DNA of 63,327 nt, the filler included, from Intoshia linei (Eukaryota > Animalia > Orthonectida), in NCBI GenBank assembly GCA_001642005.1. It is 6 parts of 6 records of this genome, joined end to end, with 100 filler letters (N's around TTAATTAATTAA, not from the genome) between each part and the next. Parts side by side here need not be neighbours in the genome. Positions count along the whole stretch, not along the records: positions 22,731 to 51,580 come from LWCA01000398.1; 5 more parts are not named here. One strand, written 5' to 3'. The stretch's first letter is position 1. The number at the start of each line of letters is the position of its first letter. A model generated the notes under the pieces. That model saw only the letters and a program-made list of their open reading frames with translations, made no database searches and was not told where the DNA came from. The position numbers were made by a program, and so were the translations under genes. Shown here one piece after another: positions 25,200 to 39,400 of this stretch.

Positions 25200-25700
25200 T
25201 TTCACTAAAAAAACAAAAAATTTTTATTATCCCATTCCAGAGCAGAAACTACACTATCGACTCGATAATATTGAGACTCCTCTTCGTGGTCTCATCGAAA
25301 TATATGGAAAATGGGGACATATTTTTCCAAATTGACTATTAAAAAATATATTTTTGAATGTCATGTCATAAAGTATCGTTAACGAATTTTTTTGTTGTAC
25401 ATTTTTGATTTTGGGAAAGCTGCAAAATGGTTAGTTCAGCTTAATTTAAACTCAATTTTAGTTACCAGATTCCTTTATTTCATTTAAACTTATATTTTTT
25501 GTAAACAAATTAAAATTATCCAAAGGGTTGTTGATTTGCTGGTCTTTATTAGCGGCAAATTTTTTTAATGTATAAATGACTAATTTGTATAATATAAACT
25601 GAATGAACATTGAGTTGAGCGACATAATCATATATTTTGCTTGATTCATTGATTTTTTCACCAAAGTTTTAAAGATTTTGAAGATAATTTTGGTTTCAAG
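25200..25700 (-). pseudogene. Probable hAT transposase remnant
   Basis: Minus-strand fragments LQLSQNQKCTTKK and PFSIYFDETT (first catalytic Asp motif) with stops and frameshifts. Confidence 0.45.
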
Positions 25701-26983
25701 TTTTTGTATGGTTTTTAATAGAACATTTTAAGGTATTTTTAAAAATAAGGTATAAAAGACAATCCCTTTAAAACGCAAAAAAGTTTTCCTAAAGAAACCA
25801 ACAAAAATAATTTGAAAAAATCAGTAATATGGTAAATTAGTAAAATCGATGATTATGAAAAAATTTTCAATTAAATAATGGTAAATATTTTTAAAAATTT
25901 TGCTGATAATTGGTGTAAAACAATAAATTCAATGCAATATTATAATATTTACAATATAATTATACAAAATAAAAATTTAAAAGCACTTACATGAAATGTA
26001 CAAATAAATTTAATTAAGTGACTTTATATTTGAAACGAAGATATTATGATATTACATTAAATTTTCTCATCTACTCATTAAAAAAATTATGAAACAGATT
26101 CGTCTACAAGATGAAATAATAATCTTAAAAATATTTTATATTCAACCTTTTTTTAATATACTTAGAGCACGCTTGTATATCTGCCATTTAGTTAAATAAA
26201 AATCAAAATTTGTTCAGTTTTCTGTGTGTAAAAGGCATTTTAGTTAACAAAAATAATAAAATTATTAAAAAATAAACATAAATTGACAAAATTTTCTTAA
26301 AAAAGTGAACCTTCGTCGCCCAATTAAATTTCAAAATTCAAAATTTATAGAAAATGAGCATTAAAAATATACTTTTGAATATCGTAACTATTTTCTGGGT
26401 TAAATTTAAACTTTCAAGTCCAAGCTCATACAAGGCAAGTCAAGAGGTGGCAAGTGGTTATGACATTATGCATCGGTAGAGAAATAATTTTTAGGGTTTA
26501 TTTTTGATTTTTGGGTAGGTTGTTTTGACCATGATAATACAAAATAAAAACAATATCAAAGTTCTTATCTTAATTTGAGACAAATTTCAAATATACATAA
26601 TGTAATCAAAATATTACCATTTAAAATTTTGATACGTGTCTGGTTGAGTTTTCAGGTTTTAAGATTAGATAATTTTATTATATAAAAAATTTAAGTCTCA
26701 AATATTATCTCATTATTTGAGAAATTTTTCAAAATTCCACAAAATTAGGTATAGCTGAGTCGTCTCATAAAAAGGATAAAAACAGATTTAGATAAAAATC
26801 TTAATTATAAAAAAAAATTTAAACGATCCCATTCATCAAATTTTAAAAATTTAAATTAAAATGCACAGCAAACAATAGCTTAACAAAATTTCGAATATAC
26901 TAATTTTTATTACTTAAATAAAATAAAATATTGGATACATATTGAAAATGTATTTTTGTTTATCCAAATAAAAATCGATAAAG

Positions 26984-29900
26984 CTACTTTTTTTGGTATC
27001 CAAACTGATTATCGTCTTCTTCGACAAATCGTATATCCCCATACTGCCACATGTTCATCTAAACAAAACTATTTACTAGAAACAAAAATAAATTACTCTG
27101 CCACTTTTAGCACTTTGTTGGGCAATTAAGTATTTGTTGTAAATATCGGAAGGTGGTGGTTCAATCTCACTAACGCTAAGAATTGCAAGTCCATTCTTTA
27201 CCATGTTTAGTGCGAAATCAGTTTGAGAATTGTCTGGTTGGGTAAGTATAGCATAATTATCATTGTTAATAGTATACACTTGTGTGAGTTTTAATCGTTG
27301 ATGTAGTACATTGGCAGAAAACAAATTTACACATTCTTTTTGCATTGATTTAATTGGCACACATCCAACATATGCAAGTCTGTAATGATTGCACTGGCGA
27401 GGCAAAATGTGAAATCGCTGAGGCAATTCTGCAAGGCGTGCCACAGACGCATTTTCCCTATTTCCGTAATCATAATAAAATATGGAAATTTGGTTTTTGC
27501 TGATTTTTTCAACCATGGCGCGATACCATTCTCCGTCAGAAAACCGCGAAGCACATAGTCGTCCAATTACTGGATTAAATGGAATATGAGAGGTGTTGTT
27601 ATCAAATTCAGTTTTCATGTCTGCCATTAAATTATCTCTTTCGAAAGAAGTGTCCGCGTTTTGAGCAAAGAACGAAAAATCATCCAAAACCCGAGTGACT
27701 ATAACGTAGTATTCTGGCATGCCATTTTCTCGGATGGAAATTGTCGTATTGCTGTTATACCTATCGGAATCATTTCTTGGATCATAACTGGTGTAAAAAT
27801 GATCACTTTTTTCTCTGATTGTAGGTGTATTGTCCAAATGACAATTTATATAATTAGCATTCATGGACAAATTATCGTTTGGTTTCAACTTGCCTATATT
27901 GTTTGGAGCCGCGGTAATTACATGCTCCTGGTGAGAAATTGAGTTATTTATGGTGGTGTATTCATTTTTGTTATTGGCGAAATTTTTGTAATCTGAACAG
28001 TTGGGTTCGTGACTTCTAATTTCCATTTCTCTATTATTCACAACAGGGCTAATTTTTGAAATAACATTATTAACGCCATCTTCTAAATGAATATAAGTGT
28101 TATTTTCGGTAGTTTGTTCACTCCACAGATTTTTCATTTCTTTTTTAGCTTTCTCTTGAGCTTCTAATAGTTTTGAGTAATATGTAGTACGGTCAGCTCT
28201 TTGATGGACAAACGCCAAACCTTCAGACAACAATGATATTGAAGCGTTAGATTTATCAGGTAAAATAAGCCAGCCAATAAAATTAGAATTGTTTGCAGCA
28301 TCAATTTTAATCTCCACTGTTCGCTGTAAGAAGTATTTTTTTGAATATTGCAATACCTCCTTACCGTACATTTCACCAGTATCAGCAATTTTATTATCAG
28401 CTGTGACTATGGGCGGTTTGGGACATTCAACACCCGCCAGTAAGAAATTAATAATTTTCGATTCGTTAGGTAAGTATAACTTGAATCGAGAACCTGTTAG
28501 AATTCTTTCAACAACGGCTACAAATGGAGCGTTCCTAATCATTACAGAATAATTTTGTAACAATTTTTTCTGGTTTGTCAAATCCACAATTTGTAAATTT
28601 TTGGGGTTTTTATCGCTATGCATTCCTAATTTTCTATTGGTAGCATATTGTTGAGCATCATACAACTGATCCAAGTGCATTTGCTCGGAATCGTGTCTAA
28701 ACTTTCTAACTGTGGATAATCCCAGTTTTATGAGTTGTTCACGAATATCGACGTTTTTGAATTTGATTATAGCATACAATTTCTCTTTAAGCTGTCCATT
28801 TTGAGGAAGAGTATAGCTAGTATACATTTGAACGACTTTACCAACATAGTTTGTTCTAAGATATTCTCTAGCTTCAAATTCATAAGGCGAGTCAAACAAA
28901 GAATACGCATTTGACATGGAAGTGTTTGCAGAAAATGTATTATCGGATATAGGTGATTTAATATTGGAGAAAAATACACGCTTTACAGAGCCATCGTCAA
29001 ATTCCAATTCTAAAGAATTTCCACGAATTGCAGATATTACGGTAGCATTTTCATACACAATGTTTTGTTTTGACGTGGTAATATTGGAAGCATTTCTATC
29101 TTTCCAAATTTTTTTATTATTATCACGAGCATTTTTTTCACATTCTCGATACTTGTTGCGCAGTTCTGGTTTTAAATATACAATAGTAGCATTGTTTATG
29201 TAAGCAAATCCTTCTTCCAGTAATTCGCATGCGATGTCATATGTGGGGTGGTGCACAGTCACCAATAAAGCATTGTCTAAGTTTGAGTCTATGCAGAGTT
29301 GAACATCTCTTTGTAACAGTCTAGCCGTTGTAAAAAATTCAGCTTGGTCCGCAAATGGTTGCATTGGTTGTAAGTTTGTTACGTCTTTTGACGGCATAGA
29401 TGGACACTAAAAAATAGAATCAGCAAACTAGTTTTTTCGATATATTCATAATGATAAAATTAGAATTTAATAGTCCATTTTAATTTAAGGGTATGTTCTA
29501 TTTTTCTAATTGTGGGTCTTTAAAAAATTCTCCAAATAATAAAATTTAAACTTTTTCTTTTTTACATTTTAATTGACTCTCACTGGCTACTTAACAATAA
29601 ATAACCCGGAACAATAGATCATATACTGGATATTTTTGTAGATTCTACAACGAAGGATTTAAAAACTAAACAGAACTCATAACTATAAGGTCATTTTAAT
29701 ATTAGTTTCTACGTAAATGAGCAATATATCACATTTGAGGTACAACAAATAAAAGATAAAATATTACTGGATCCATGCAACAGGTAAGGGTAAGTCCGTG
29801 GTTCGCACAGACAAATATTTTATTGACGGATGATATGAGCATGTAAAGTTAAAAATGAAAAATTTTTGAATCAGTACTGATTGTAAAATACGTCACTCCC

Positions 29901-32325
29901 GGCAACGAAATCAAACTTTTTGACATTACTTTCCCAGATTATATTATGGTTATTATTATGAATAATAGTAAAAACACCTCATAGCAATTCGGACCCATAC
30001 AAAATTTAATAATTTTATGAGACCAAATGAGCAAAAATATTTCAAAAGTATGAACGTAACGTAGAAATTTCAACGTTACCCAAAACAAATTTGTTAAATG
30101 AAAGTTCCTTTTATTTTATAATATTTAATAGTGCATCTCAAAGGGATCCACCGCTAAAATAATGTATTATTTCAGAAATTAATTTCATATTATTAAAGAG
30201 AAAATCCAAATTTACCAACCTTCAAGTGGAAAAATTCATTTTTACCAAACCTGACAAAGAAAAAACCTCTTAATCCAACACTAATAGAAAAAATTGAAAA
30301 TTTCGATTTTACCAATCGATCCGTGAAAACACTTTTTTATGCAATTTTACAAAAATTTAAGGAAAAAATCCCTTTTTCCAATATTTTTTTAAAAAATAGA
30401 AGTTTACCAAATCTAAGGAGAAAAAACTAACAACTAATCTTAAACACTTAATCTAAGCCCAAAAGAATCAATATAATTAATGTAAAACCAAATTTTTATA
30501 TTTAAATAGAAACTTTAAATATTTTTAAATCAGTTAACAAATTTGAATAATAAAAATCAACATTCCTTATAAATCTAATGATATTAACTTATCTAAATTT
30601 TAATATCGACTATGAAAACGAGATAATATTTTTTGCAAGTATCAGCAAATTTGGTTTTGTATCATCTCCTACCTACAAAAATTTGCCCATGTGCTTTGTA
30701 TGCGATAAAATACTAACCAACGCATATATACAAACCCTCAAATTGATAGTCCATTTGAATCCACTGTCACAATCACATTAATTAATGATAACAGATTTAC
30801 GTCTCAGTTAACGAATATAACAAATATTGTACTATAATTTAGTAACTAAATCATGAAGCTCACCCATCCCATGAAATGTTAATTAAACTTATTTTAATTG
30901 AATGTTAGCAATTTAATAATTTTAAAGTATGTATTGAATGTCAAAAATATTTTAGAAATTGGAAGAAAAAAATTTCCTAATTAAAAATATGATTAATATT
31001 TACATTAAATTTAATAATTAAAGTATACGATGAAAACAATATTTACATATAAATATTTTATGGGCCCATCATTTTTTCATTTTGGGGTCACCTAGTTTAT
31101 TACTTTGAGAAGCACTGATTTAACTGAAATAGATCGAGTTTATTTTTTGGAGTAAAAAAATTTTGGATATTTTCAACACGCAAATGGATAAATTTGACAA
31201 AATCAAATAAAGTGAACTTTTCTAACAAAATTAAATACATCTCGATTTATTTACTTGACGTATTTATAATAAATGTCGTCTAAAAGTTTAGTACAAGTAA
31301 ATGTATATCCAAAACTATAATTAAAAGGGGATTCACCAAAGTTTGATAAAAATGAATTTCTTATCCGGGTATGTAAATAAATAAAATATTTTCCTGTTAT
31401 TATTGACACATGCACACATAATAAATTAATTTTGATAAATCTATTTGGGTGTCTCTTTTTAGTATCAACTAAAAACTGTAAAAGGATGTGGTATAATGTA
31501 TGCCTCATATTCGCTGACGTGTATTTGAAAATGAATTACCTTTATCCCCGAAATAAGAGTCATGCTGTAAATTGCAAGTTCTGGGAAATAAGCTCGAAAT
31601 GTCGAACCACCACGAGTGAATTCAATGATTGCTAAAAATTTAAATAAATAAAATATTCATTAAAGCTTTATACATACCTTTAAGTTTCGTATTTTGATAT
31701 TTCGCAGTGAAAGCATTTAAATCTTCAATTTTCCATTGAATATTTCGTATGCAATTATTGGTAGGTGATTTACTCCACACTCCGAGACCTGCAGTCTGCG
31801 CAGTTTCCTCAAGACCAATAATATCTTTAAGAGCATCCCTAAACGCATTAGTAAAATTAATTAGAACGAATTACATTGTAATTTTTCGTTTAGGGCGCCG
31901 AATTCTTGCTAAACCGTTTCTGACTAGTATATGGGCCACATTTTCTAAAAAATAAATAAACTATATACTAATCCAACCATTAGAATCTGTGTAGATTGTA
32001 CAATATTTTCTATCCGATGCGACAAAATCGACTTTATATCGAATGTACTTTCCGACTAATAGTTTTCTCAAAAACTCTCGAGTTGTCCATGCGTAAGGCT
32101 AAAAATTAGATATTGTTAAAAAAATCGCACTTCATCAAGAATGATTTGATTGTCAGTTCTTCTTGCTGTTCTCGGTAGGGTGAGGTGCGAAAAATTCAAT
32201 GTTTCTTCTGCAGGCGGTCCCCTTACTGGTTGACCTCTTATTCTTACTGAATCGGATGAAATAATCTAAATATCAATATACACAATAAACTAATCCAATA
32301 CCTGTTTAACGATTTTACGATCCAT
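26984..32325 (-). CDS. SND1: Tudor staphylococcal nuclease (Tudor-SN)
   Basis: Start MDRKIVKQ / IISSDSVRIRGQPVRGPPAE; AREYLR motifs; Tudor CASRFSDGEWYRA...YYDYGNRE; last exon MNMWQYGDIRFVEEDDNQFGYQKK* (27058-26984). Confidence 0.96.
30129..31117 (+). mobile_element. Buster/Charlie-like hAT derivative in SND1 intron
   Basis: TIR TAGTGCATCTCAAAG / CTTTGAGAAGCACTG; BED-finger remnant KFGF...PMCFVCDKILTN...KLIVHL; internal 30-bp units. Confidence 0.7.
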
Positions 32326-32872
32326 ACTTAAATTAACTTTAAAATTATGTTTGATGTTAATGTTGTCGTTTTATTATATTCTTTGCAAATTGTAAATTCT
32401 TGGTTCAATTTCTATTTATTAATTTTATACAACTGATAAATAAATTTTTAATCAAATCACTAAATATCGTTACCAACAAAACTAAAGTTGGACTTATTTT
32501 AAATTAAATCAACAATGTCAACTCGCAATTGTTGGAAAAATTTGATGCAACACAAATTTAACATTTTTATTGATACATGGTAACTTGAGACTTTTCAACC
32601 ATGACATGCCGCTATATTGATATGAATATTAATTGATCAGCTTGAAATGTTTTACATAAACAGTTGCGAGAATTATATTAACAAATTAACTAATTAATAG
32701 TAAATTATGAGGTAATAAAGATAAGAAATACAAGTAAACGTACACTTAATTATTGTTATTTTATACATTAAATTTAATAAAACTGCGTACCAACGATATA
32801 AATACTTGTAACGATATGATTGTAAATGTTTAGAGTTGCACAGAAAAATAAGATTTTATAATTTTTGGGATA

Positions 32873-33464
32873 ATGCAGCAAAGAGGTAAATGTTTATAAT
32901 TAAAACTTTAATAATTCCAATTTAGGAAAAATCACAAAAATAGTAAGACAATTTATTTTATTAGTTTCTAAAGTTTATAACTTGAACAGAAATCCTCGCT
33001 AACACTTCAATTACTTTTAATTTTCAATGGATGGTACTTTGTACTATTATTTTTGTCTCAACTTGTATTGTTTTTGTTTAAATGTAAGTCTATTACAGTT
33101 AATATTTTAAATTTATTTAGATTTAACTCTTTATTACATAGGATGGGTGATTGTACAAGAAGTGGTTCTTTTGTTTCTCATGTTAATACTTGAATTTATA
33201 CGAAACTATTTTGGTAAAAAGGCCAATTTAACTCAACAAGTTGCAGGAATTTGTCTATCTATTATTCTTTGCTTACCGATAATTCTCTGTAGTATTTATT
33301 TTATGCTTTATCAAACTTATGTACTCAAATTGGAGTTTATTCTTCATTCTATTCAACTATTATTCGTGGGATTTGAAATGTTATTCGAACTTATTTGCAT
33401 AGTTAATTTTGCTAGGTTATTTTTTAATTACTAATTTTATTTTTACTTTAGAAGCAAAAACTAA
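32873..33464 (+). CDS. TMEM216: TMEM216/TMEM80-family ciliary transition-zone protein, paralog A
   Basis: Exons 32873-32885, 32926-32942, 32990-33083, 33121-33415, 33452-33464; SSLTLQLLLIFNGWY, FGKKANL, QTYVLKLE. Confidence 0.85.
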
Positions 33465-33740
33465 AGCGCAATTGTTATTATTTTTTATTAAAAATTTCTT
33501 TAATCTTTTTTAAAAACCATGTATATATATTTGAATTTACCCACTTTTTTATGTTTAGAGATGGTAAGTGTATTTATATGTTGTGTTCATATCCGAAAAT
33601 AACTCCGCGTAGGTGTATATGTAAAAAAATTGCTAAAGTGGTTCAACATTATTTAAATTGACAGAGTGTCGAGTCTTGTAATATAATGTAAAATTAATAA
33701 CTAAAAGTTAATGTACAAGAGTGGTTTTAAAATCTTATAG

Positions 33741-34315
33741 TGTGGATTTATCAATTCTGATTTGTTAAATTCAAATTTAAACGACAAAAATGCATTTTTT
33801 GAATCTTTGCAATCAAATAACCAAAATTCAAATTTGTCACAATTTCTCATGAGCCTCCTACCAAACTATAATGCATCCATGATTTCCAATATATCAAACA
33901 ATTCTAATGTCTTTCAAAATACCACTCTCACAAAATCCCTTATCTATACCAAAGTATTGGATTCACTTAAAATGCAATATGCGGGGATAAAAGAAAATGT
34001 TATACAAAATCAAAATATCCATGAAATGGCGGCCCATTTAAAAGAGTTTATTAATCAAAAGTATTGTCAATGGCCAAATTGTAACGCTCAATTTTACAGC
34101 TTGGATTCTAGCTTATCGTAATAATTTTTGTTTACTATTATTTATTTTTGGATTTAGCCATATGTACTTGTTTTACAATTTTGATCAACAAAGTATTAAA
34201 AATCTGGCGAATAATCAAAATCAATCAGTTGTAATTACAATTGCAAAAAGAAACTAAACTCTGAAAAGACATCTTGTATTTCTCAAAATTATTGAAGATC
34301 AAGCGAATTTTCAGG
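33741..34315 (+). pseudogene. FoxP-like zinc finger / leucine zipper fragment, decayed
   Basis: CQWPNC...LS|HM...FDQQS, then frameshifted LQLQKETKL with stops; resembles FoxP CKWPGC..HL..LDDRS..LEIQLSKE; no forkhead domain seen. Confidence 0.5.
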
Positions 34316-34961
34316 TTTTTTTGTAGTAATTTCATTTTTCATTTGATTAGAGCAATTAGAGCAATTTTGAAAAACCCAGTCAGTATATATTAAAATATTT
34401 AAAAATACACACTTTTAGTGCTAATTCCCCTTGATTCTTTGATAGGTGTGACACCCTAATGCATATATTTTTAACTAAGTAATTATTCATATTTTAATGT
34501 TATAATCATTAGAATTATTATTATTATTTATCATTAGAATCTAATGATTCATTAATAATGAAACTGAATAGATTTATTTACAAAAGATATTTTTTTAATT
34601 AAATAAAGTTAAAATTTAAAAGTTTATTATAGTGGGCTTATTCTACAAAAGGCCCGAATGAAGTAGAACCGACCATTAAAAATATTATGTAGTACGTTTG
34701 AATTGCTCGTTACGTATAAAGTTACTCGAAATGAAATGCATAGAATCGTTGTTCTATTTTCATGATATGTGCAATTCCACAAACTCATAAATATCAGTTT
34801 TAGCACGAATAGTTTTATGAAGTTAAAGCCCTCAGCTTTAGATTTACAATTCAAATTAACGGGATATATATTTAACTACTCCTTTTATTATTTAAAAACG
34901 TCTCGTTTCTGTCTACTCTAATTATCACTTATCTTGGATAACAATTTTTAATTTTGGTAAT

Positions 34962-36122
34962 ATGGAAAATAATCAATTTAACAGAATTAGCAATGAATTA
35001 GAAAACGTATATGAAAATGTCAATGGAATAATGCAATTAAGAGGAAATTCTGTATGTTCAAATAATTATATATTTCATAATTTGAATTAGAACGGATCAA
35101 ATAATTTCGATATCAGAGATGATTACCATACAATTAGATTGTATGGCATACATTATACCGTTACTAAGGGTGATATAGTTAGATTTTTAAGTGGTATCAT
35201 TTTACATCATATCACTGGTTGATTTAATATTAGACACCAAAATTCATAATGGAGAAAATGGTGTTTATCTAATCACAGACGTTGGTGGTAGACCACTTGG
35301 TAAAGGATATGTTCAATATGCTGACATAATGGATTATGTTTCGGCTCTAATGAAAGATAGAAAATTTATGGGAACCTATTATATAGAAGGCATGTCTCTT
35401 TATATTGTTTGACATGATATATATAATTTATATTATTAGTTATTGGAACTGTACAGCAATTTCGTAAAAAAGTTATGCCTCAGGATGATTTAGCTGAAAT
35501 GTTAATGGAGCCAGTACTGAAAATCAGAGGTTTACGTTTTACACTTTTTTGGAGGTTAGTTACAGGTGACTATATATTATTGCCCTTAATTATTTTCATC
35601 GACTGTATTTGGGAATAGGTTTACAAATAGCACCATATGGAGTATTATTGGTGGAGGAAAGGAATGATAATAAAACGGAGAAGAATTTGTCGATCTATAC
35701 AATGCGCAACAGGGATTAGAACGACATAAGAGATTGGTGGGAAAACTTTTAGATTTAGTTTAGTATCAAACGTCTATTACTATTTTTAGATACAATTCAA
35801 TTTTTCTGAATGAATAATTCAACCACTCATAAATGACGTTGTTTATAGACCAACTACTCCATTTTCTTTGCATATGAGAGGTCTTCCCTTTAGTGCCAAT
35901 AACAGTCAAGTGAAAAAGGTAACAAATATTTCTTCGTTTTTATAATTAGATTAGTTTTTTGCACCGATACCTTTGGCAAATATTCATATTGGTCGAAGAT
36001 CTGATGGTCTTGCTAGTGGAATGGGGGACGTTGATTTTAATTATATGGAAGAATTAGAAGAAGCTATGCTCAAGCACAAAAATACAATGGGACACAGATA
36101 GGTGGAACTCTTCAAACATTAG
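34962..36122 (+). pseudogene. hnRNP F/H (glorund/GRSF1-like) three-qRRM gene, apparently disrupted
   Basis: qRRM1 IRLYGI...GRPLGKGYVQY...MGTYYIE; qRRM3 LHMRGLPFSA..FFAP..MGHR*VELF with in-frame TAG at 36099-36101; qRRM2 broken. Confidence 0.75.
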
Positions 36123-36454
36123 TTTATTGTACATTAATTTCATTACATTTTACATACCGATGTCAAATGTTGCGCATTTCTATAGCAAAAAAAGAAGAAT
36201 TCTCATCTTTCTCATCGTAAAAAACTCATGTTTCTCATTTGCAAATATTTAATATTAATACATATAAAATTATACATGTATATTAATTATATGGGTTTGC
36301 TTAACATTAATGCCTGAAATGGACCTTTTATTTGAAAATAAAGTTCATTTTTAACCAAAATATTATATAGTTTGTGTATTGTGATTAATATATAATAATC
36401 TCGATGTACGATGTAGTAGTGTCTAGTGATGTATAAACATAAAATTTTATTCAA

Positions 36455-39400
36455 ATGGATTTGCGAAAGAAAAAATTACAAGAAATTTTACACAAAGCTG
36501 AAAAATTGAACAAGAAAATGGCACAAACAAGTTTGGATTGGTCCACTGATCCCAAAAAATGTGAAACCTTGGATTATAGTGTATTTATATAATTTGTTTA
36601 AGTACATGCAGTTACAGTCAAATTCCATATTTTTATTTTTCGAAATTGAGGAATTCCGTTATAAAGGAAATTATTTATAGTAACACGATACCAGCCATTG
36701 ATTGACAGTAGGGTTAAAATATTTTCAATAAGCACCCAAAAAATATGAAATTTTTACTATTTTGGATGCTTGTCCAGTAAAATTATTTAATTTAATTGCT
36801 TCTAATTGCGCCCAATGAAAAAAGGTTAAAACACTGGGCTAGTGGTAGCCAAACTAATTTGTTGCGTACCGTACAAAATTAAAAAAAGTTGCGTCACCCA
36901 CGAAAAATTTTCTAACACTACCTGTATATTTAAGTGTGAGTTATTATAATATATTCTATACACTATCGTAATGTATTTAGACAATGGAATTTAAAGCTTT
37001 TGAAAAAGATAGTGATAATGATTCGATATCTTCACTAGATTCTAGTGTAGATGCGGCGATAGACATTGTAATTAATATTTTACAATGTACATTGAGCATT
37101 GCTCAATGAGCATATTCCATTTTTAACTTTTTAGATTAGATTTAAATTGTTAGTTCGATATGCGAGCCTCGTACACGGAATATTTTTTAGAGGACTAGAG
37201 GTATTTGTAAAATTTGTTTGGACTATATTATTCTTATATTATTTAATTGATATATCACATAATTTATTGGCATTTAAAGTAGATTATTTTTTACAAAAGA
37301 ATTTTTGAGTATTTTTATAATTTCTTTAATTTTTCGTATAAGATATATTACATTTTAAGGTTAAATGGTCCGAATTTTAATTTAAATGCTGTTGTAATCC
37401 AAAAATTCATTTTCATCAGTTAATATTTATTGATATTTATCTATTTCGCTACTGGAAATGGTTTTTTATCATAAAACTAATAAAAAAGTGAGATGAATAT
37501 CAATTAATTGATGTGTGATTCGTTTATTCTACATACCAATAGTTCATTTTTGTTGTTTACATAAATTAATAATTTTCATTAAAATTCTCGAGATTTCATT
37601 ACAATAATTAAAAGTTAAAGTTTAAGTGTAAATTTTTACTCATCGAAAGCAGACACCCTAATGTATAATGTATATTATACAGGTTTATTTACAATTTTAT
37701 TTTTTATGAAATTTAAGCTATTTTGAGAATTTTTAGGATTTACTATTTTGTTGTTATTTTTTAAGATTATACACTTATTATCTCTAATAAATTAAATGAA
37801 TGCGATCGCAAATTTGTTTTTAAAATTCTTTACAAATATACTAACCAGATAAAATTAAGTGGGAATAATTAATTTTAAATTAAAAGGTAATGTGAAATTC
37901 AAGTCTAGGAACCACTCATTTAAATGATTGATAATATTGAATAGTAGGATTTTTAAGTTAGATTTTCAACGTAAATTTATTTTTTTGGTAAAATAAAAAT
38001 GTGCTTTTGGCAGAGCTAGTGCTGTTTGTACGTAGTACATAACAGTCAACCTAGTCCTTACTTATGTAATATGCTACGCGATTTTTGTTTGTGTGTGTGT
38101 TCTACTTTATTTAAATAACTACCCGTCTTAGAATTTTATAAAGTCCACATTTCAATTACAATTTTTTGCGGGGGTGTTCGCAAATTAAATTTAAACCTCC
38201 CAAACTCACATCTTACGGATTAAAAACCTTAATTTTCCTTTTTTTTGAAAATCTTTTTAAGCAACATTTTATTATTAAATTTATTTTTTTGGTAAAATTA
38301 AAAAAGTTTTCCCTCGGCAGAGCTAGGATGTAAATAACAGTCAAGCTAGTGATCAATAAATAATAAAAATGAACTGTAAACTGTATTTGATTGGATTTAA
38401 ATTCACTTAAAATTTAAATACATACATATGTATTTCACTTATTTGGTCTATAAAGTAAAAAATAAATTATATTGCGATTTGAAAATATAATTCACTTCAT
38501 TTTCTTATGAAAATAATTTTTTAGTTTAAATTTAAAAAATAAAAATAGTTTTTAGTACCCGCTGAAAATAATTGTAGCACCGGTTAAAAAACTCTGCTCT
38601 AAAGGGTTGGTAAAATTCGATTTTTTCGATTGTACTGTATATAATTATATATCATTCCGCAGCCAATAAATATACATAATTAACACTATATTGAACTAAA
38701 CATTTGAAAAAAGGTTAAAATGGAATATCCTTAATGTAAATTGTATCTAATTAATATTTAATTTAGCTAAACTTTGCAAATTGTGAAAAGGTTTTTTATA
38801 ACTAGTTATAGCAATAATTATTGTCTCCAAATAAATTTTACTATATTATAATAAGTAGAATTGTGAATTTCAGTGTTTAGATTTATTTTATTTAGGAGAA
38901 AGATGGTATTTTAACAGAGAAAGATTCTGCAGATGAATTTAAAGACATACCAATTATCATGGATAATACACAAGTACAAACTTTGATGATAGATGAGGTT
39001 TGTATAATTTTTGTGGTTTAATCGATATTTTAGGATGTTAATGATTCTTATAAATTGTATTTTGTCTCTTTGAACATTACTAAATGTAACTTTAACAATT
39101 ATGAAATGACTTCAATATATAATAATTTAATTTTAAATGACTTTGGAGTCTATTTAATAGTTCGTTTTATTGGATTAAAAGAAATGTTCAAATCTCAAAT
39201 TAAATTATACAAAAATGAATTGGAATTTCAATTTACCAAAGTATTCAGTCAAATGTATAATATGCAAAACCTTTCAAACTATTTAAACAATTATAGCGTT
39301 GTTGAAGTCTGGTTGAAATCAATTAATGCCCAAGAAATGAATGATAAATTAATAGGCTTGGTAAAAATCCCAGTTGATAACATATTCAAAATAGTAAAAA

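Noticed and set aside
36099-36101. TAG at a conserved Tyr as evidence of stop-codon reassignment
   Set aside because: TAG is a genuine stop in SND1, ZC4H2 and TMEM216-B, and this gene has other lesions
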